From positions 1 through 40,676 of the IMG/VR virus record IMGVR_UViG_3300021058_000001: a stretch of 40,676 bases of DNA, one strand, 5' to 3'. Position 1 is the stretch's first letter; every line of letters starts with the position of its first letter. The notes beneath the pieces were generated by a model. That model was given only the letters and a program-made list of their open reading frames with translations. It did no database searches and was not told the origin of the DNA. Position numbers and translations under genes: made by a program. This DNA comes from a virus. This document shows positions 39,697-40,676 of the stretch, piece after piece.

Positions 39697-40347
39697 ATGT
39701 TGGCGCTTGGAACACCGGCAGTCATGGTGACTTATCACCCCATGCCCCGCCGCCCCCCTGATGACGAGCCATCGCCCGCCCAGCTGGAGCTGAAGCGGCT
39801 GGGTCAGGCGCTGGCCGCCGTGCGCCGCCGCAAGGAACTGACGCAGCAGGATATGGGCGAACGGCTGGGCGTCTCGACCCAGGCCTATCAGCGGTACGAG
39901 GCGGGCCTTCGCCGACTGCCCGACTACAAGCTGCGGTCACTGGCCGAGGCCGCGGGCGGCACACTCGAAGACGTGATGCGCGAGCGCGCCATGCTGGACC
40001 AGGGCGAGGTCATCCCCTTCGCGCCGCGCCCCGGCGAGGGCGGCCCCCTGCTCAATGAACTGGCCTATCTGCTCGGTCCCGGCGCCGACCGGCTGCGGCT
40101 GGACACCGGCGCCCTCTCGCCCTGGGCGGACATGGGCGAACTGATCATCTATGACCGCGCCCGCCCGCCGCGCCGCGACGGCGGCTGCGTGGTCGAAGGC
40201 CTCGACGGCCGCCTGTCGGTCTTCATGTTCGCGGGCCGCGACGACGAAACGGCCCGGCTCTACACCCTGTCGCCCGAACGGCGCGAGGTGACCCGGCCCC
40301 TGTCCGAACTGCGCGGCCTCTACGCCGTGCGCCTGCGCGGCGACTGA
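39697..40347 (+). CDS. cI-like repressor: XRE-type HTH plus S24/LexA-like C-terminal domain (216 aa; start uncertain)
   Basis: The HTH is RRKELTQQDMGERLGVSTQAYQRYEAG. The C-terminal pattern LDTGALSPWADMGELIIYD...RRDGGCVVEGLDGRLSVFMF...LYTLSPE...LRGLYAV matches the S24 fold pattern. None of ATG 39697, 39724 or 39742 has an SD, so the mRNA may be leaderless. Confidence 0.75.
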   Translation: MLALGTPAVMVTYHPMPRRPPDDEPSPAQLELKRLGQALAAVRRRKELTQQDMGERLGVSTQAYQRYEAGLRRLPDYKLRSLAEAAGGTLEDVMRERAMLDQGEVIPFAPRPGEGGPLLNELAYLLGPGADRLRLDTGALSPWADMGELIIYDRARPPRRDGGCVVEGLDGRLSVFMFAGRDDETARLYTLSPERREVTRPLSELRGLYAVRLRGD

Positions 40348-40354
40348 CGCCGCC

Positions 40355-40540
40355 CTAGCGGCCCCGTTCGGCCCGCGCCCAGCGCAATTCCGCCTCGACC
40401 CGATCGACCGCCGCGACCACGCGCGCGGCGTCCTGTCGCGCCCCGGCCGCCGTCCACAGCAGCGTCCCCGCCACGATCGCCGCCGCCAGCAGCACCGCCG
40501 CCGGCGTCCGCCAGCCCTCGCCTCGCATCCCGGTCATCAC
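40355..40540 (-). CDS. Small single-pass membrane protein next to the repressor gene (61 aa)
   Basis: Strong SD AGGAGG 4-7 nt upstream of ATGATG. The TM segment is AAVLLAAAIVAGTLLWTAAG. GC3 is high. Confidence 0.6.
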   Translation of the reverse strand: MMTGMRGEGWRTPAAVLLAAAIVAGTLLWTAAGARQDAARVVAAVDRVEAELRWARAERGR

Positions 40541-40549
40541 CCCTCCTGG

Positions 40550-40676
40550 CCCCGCCGCAACAAAGCGCGGCGCCCGCCGGTGGCGCCAGCGCCGCCGGGC
40601 CGGTGATGGCTTAACCTTTTGTTGGTTGACTTTTTCAACGACGCACCCGCTTTTTCACCAGCCAGTCGCGTTGATC
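40550..40676. repeat. Exact 127-bp terminal duplication, copy 2 (identical to 1..127)
   Basis: Same comparison as for copy 1. Confidence 0.95.

Larger units (their letters stand above)
1..40549. mobile_element. Complete, circularly closed temperate phage genome (podovirus/T7-like virion module plus integrase, excisionase and repressor/Cro switch)
   Basis: The exact 127-bp overlap of the window ends implies circular closure. A full set of terminase, portal, capsid, tail tubular A/B, internal proteins, fiber, lysis, integrase, repressor and replication genes is present. No host housekeeping genes are present. Confidence 0.8.

Noticed and set aside
39001-39738. 245-aa minus-strand ORF spanning the cro-like gene, the gap and the operator region
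   Set aside because: It is in a different frame from the HTH-containing cro-like product. It runs through the terminator and the regulatory DNA, and its translation is Arg-rich nonsense.

Overview
The window is a complete temperate phage genome that closes into a circle. The first 127 bp (1..127) are identical to the last 127 bp (40550..40676), so the unique length is 40,549 bp. The DNA is visibly very GC-rich, with third codon positions almost all G/C. As a result most long ORFs in the track are antisense or shadow frames, which I rejected.

Genes fall into four blocks.

(1) Plus strand, 218..4323: an early-left operon. It holds small unknown proteins, an AlpA/Xis-like excisionase, a tyrosine integrase and one cargo gene. 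A ~340-bp non-coding region follows that looks like attP.

(2) Minus strand, 30146 down to 4668: one tightly packed late operon, with many ATGA/GTGA start-stop overlaps. In order it encodes:
- TerS and TerL
- a possible GNAT-like protein and a small basic protein
- a T7-gp8-like portal, scaffold and major capsid
- tail tubular A
- a nozzle (tubular B) gene split into two ORFs
- four internal/ejection proteins, one carrying a GH108-like lysozyme domain and one carrying two ParB/Srx-like domains
- tail fiber
- holin, endolysin, Rz and embedded Rz1
- a glycine-rich protein and one further unknown protein

(3) Plus strand, 30671..34530: an early module of two small ORFs, ArdC, a large ParB/KorB-like protein and one more small ORF.

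(4) Minus strand, 39608 down to 34527: Cro-like regulator, unknown proteins, an HTH protein, a Toprim primase and a Walker-A helicase. A divergent cI-like repressor (39697..40347) and a small membrane protein lie beside this block.

The most unusual sequence-level signals are:
- a dense, symmetric array of TTGAGAC/GTCTCAA heptamers between terS and the early genes (30209..30479), which includes a 24/25-bp inverted repeat
- a conserved hairpin repeated in front of three consecutive early genes, in two cases with a conserved SD block
- twin 38-bp promoter/operator boxes flanking the immunity region
- an AAGTCGGAC motif cluster at the putative attP, which recurs at the terS 3' end
- a plus-strand Cys-containing mini-gene lying antisense inside the early-right transcription unit

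No tRNA, rRNA or CRISPR was seen. All protein-family calls rest on motif recognition by eye and need HMM or structure confirmation.
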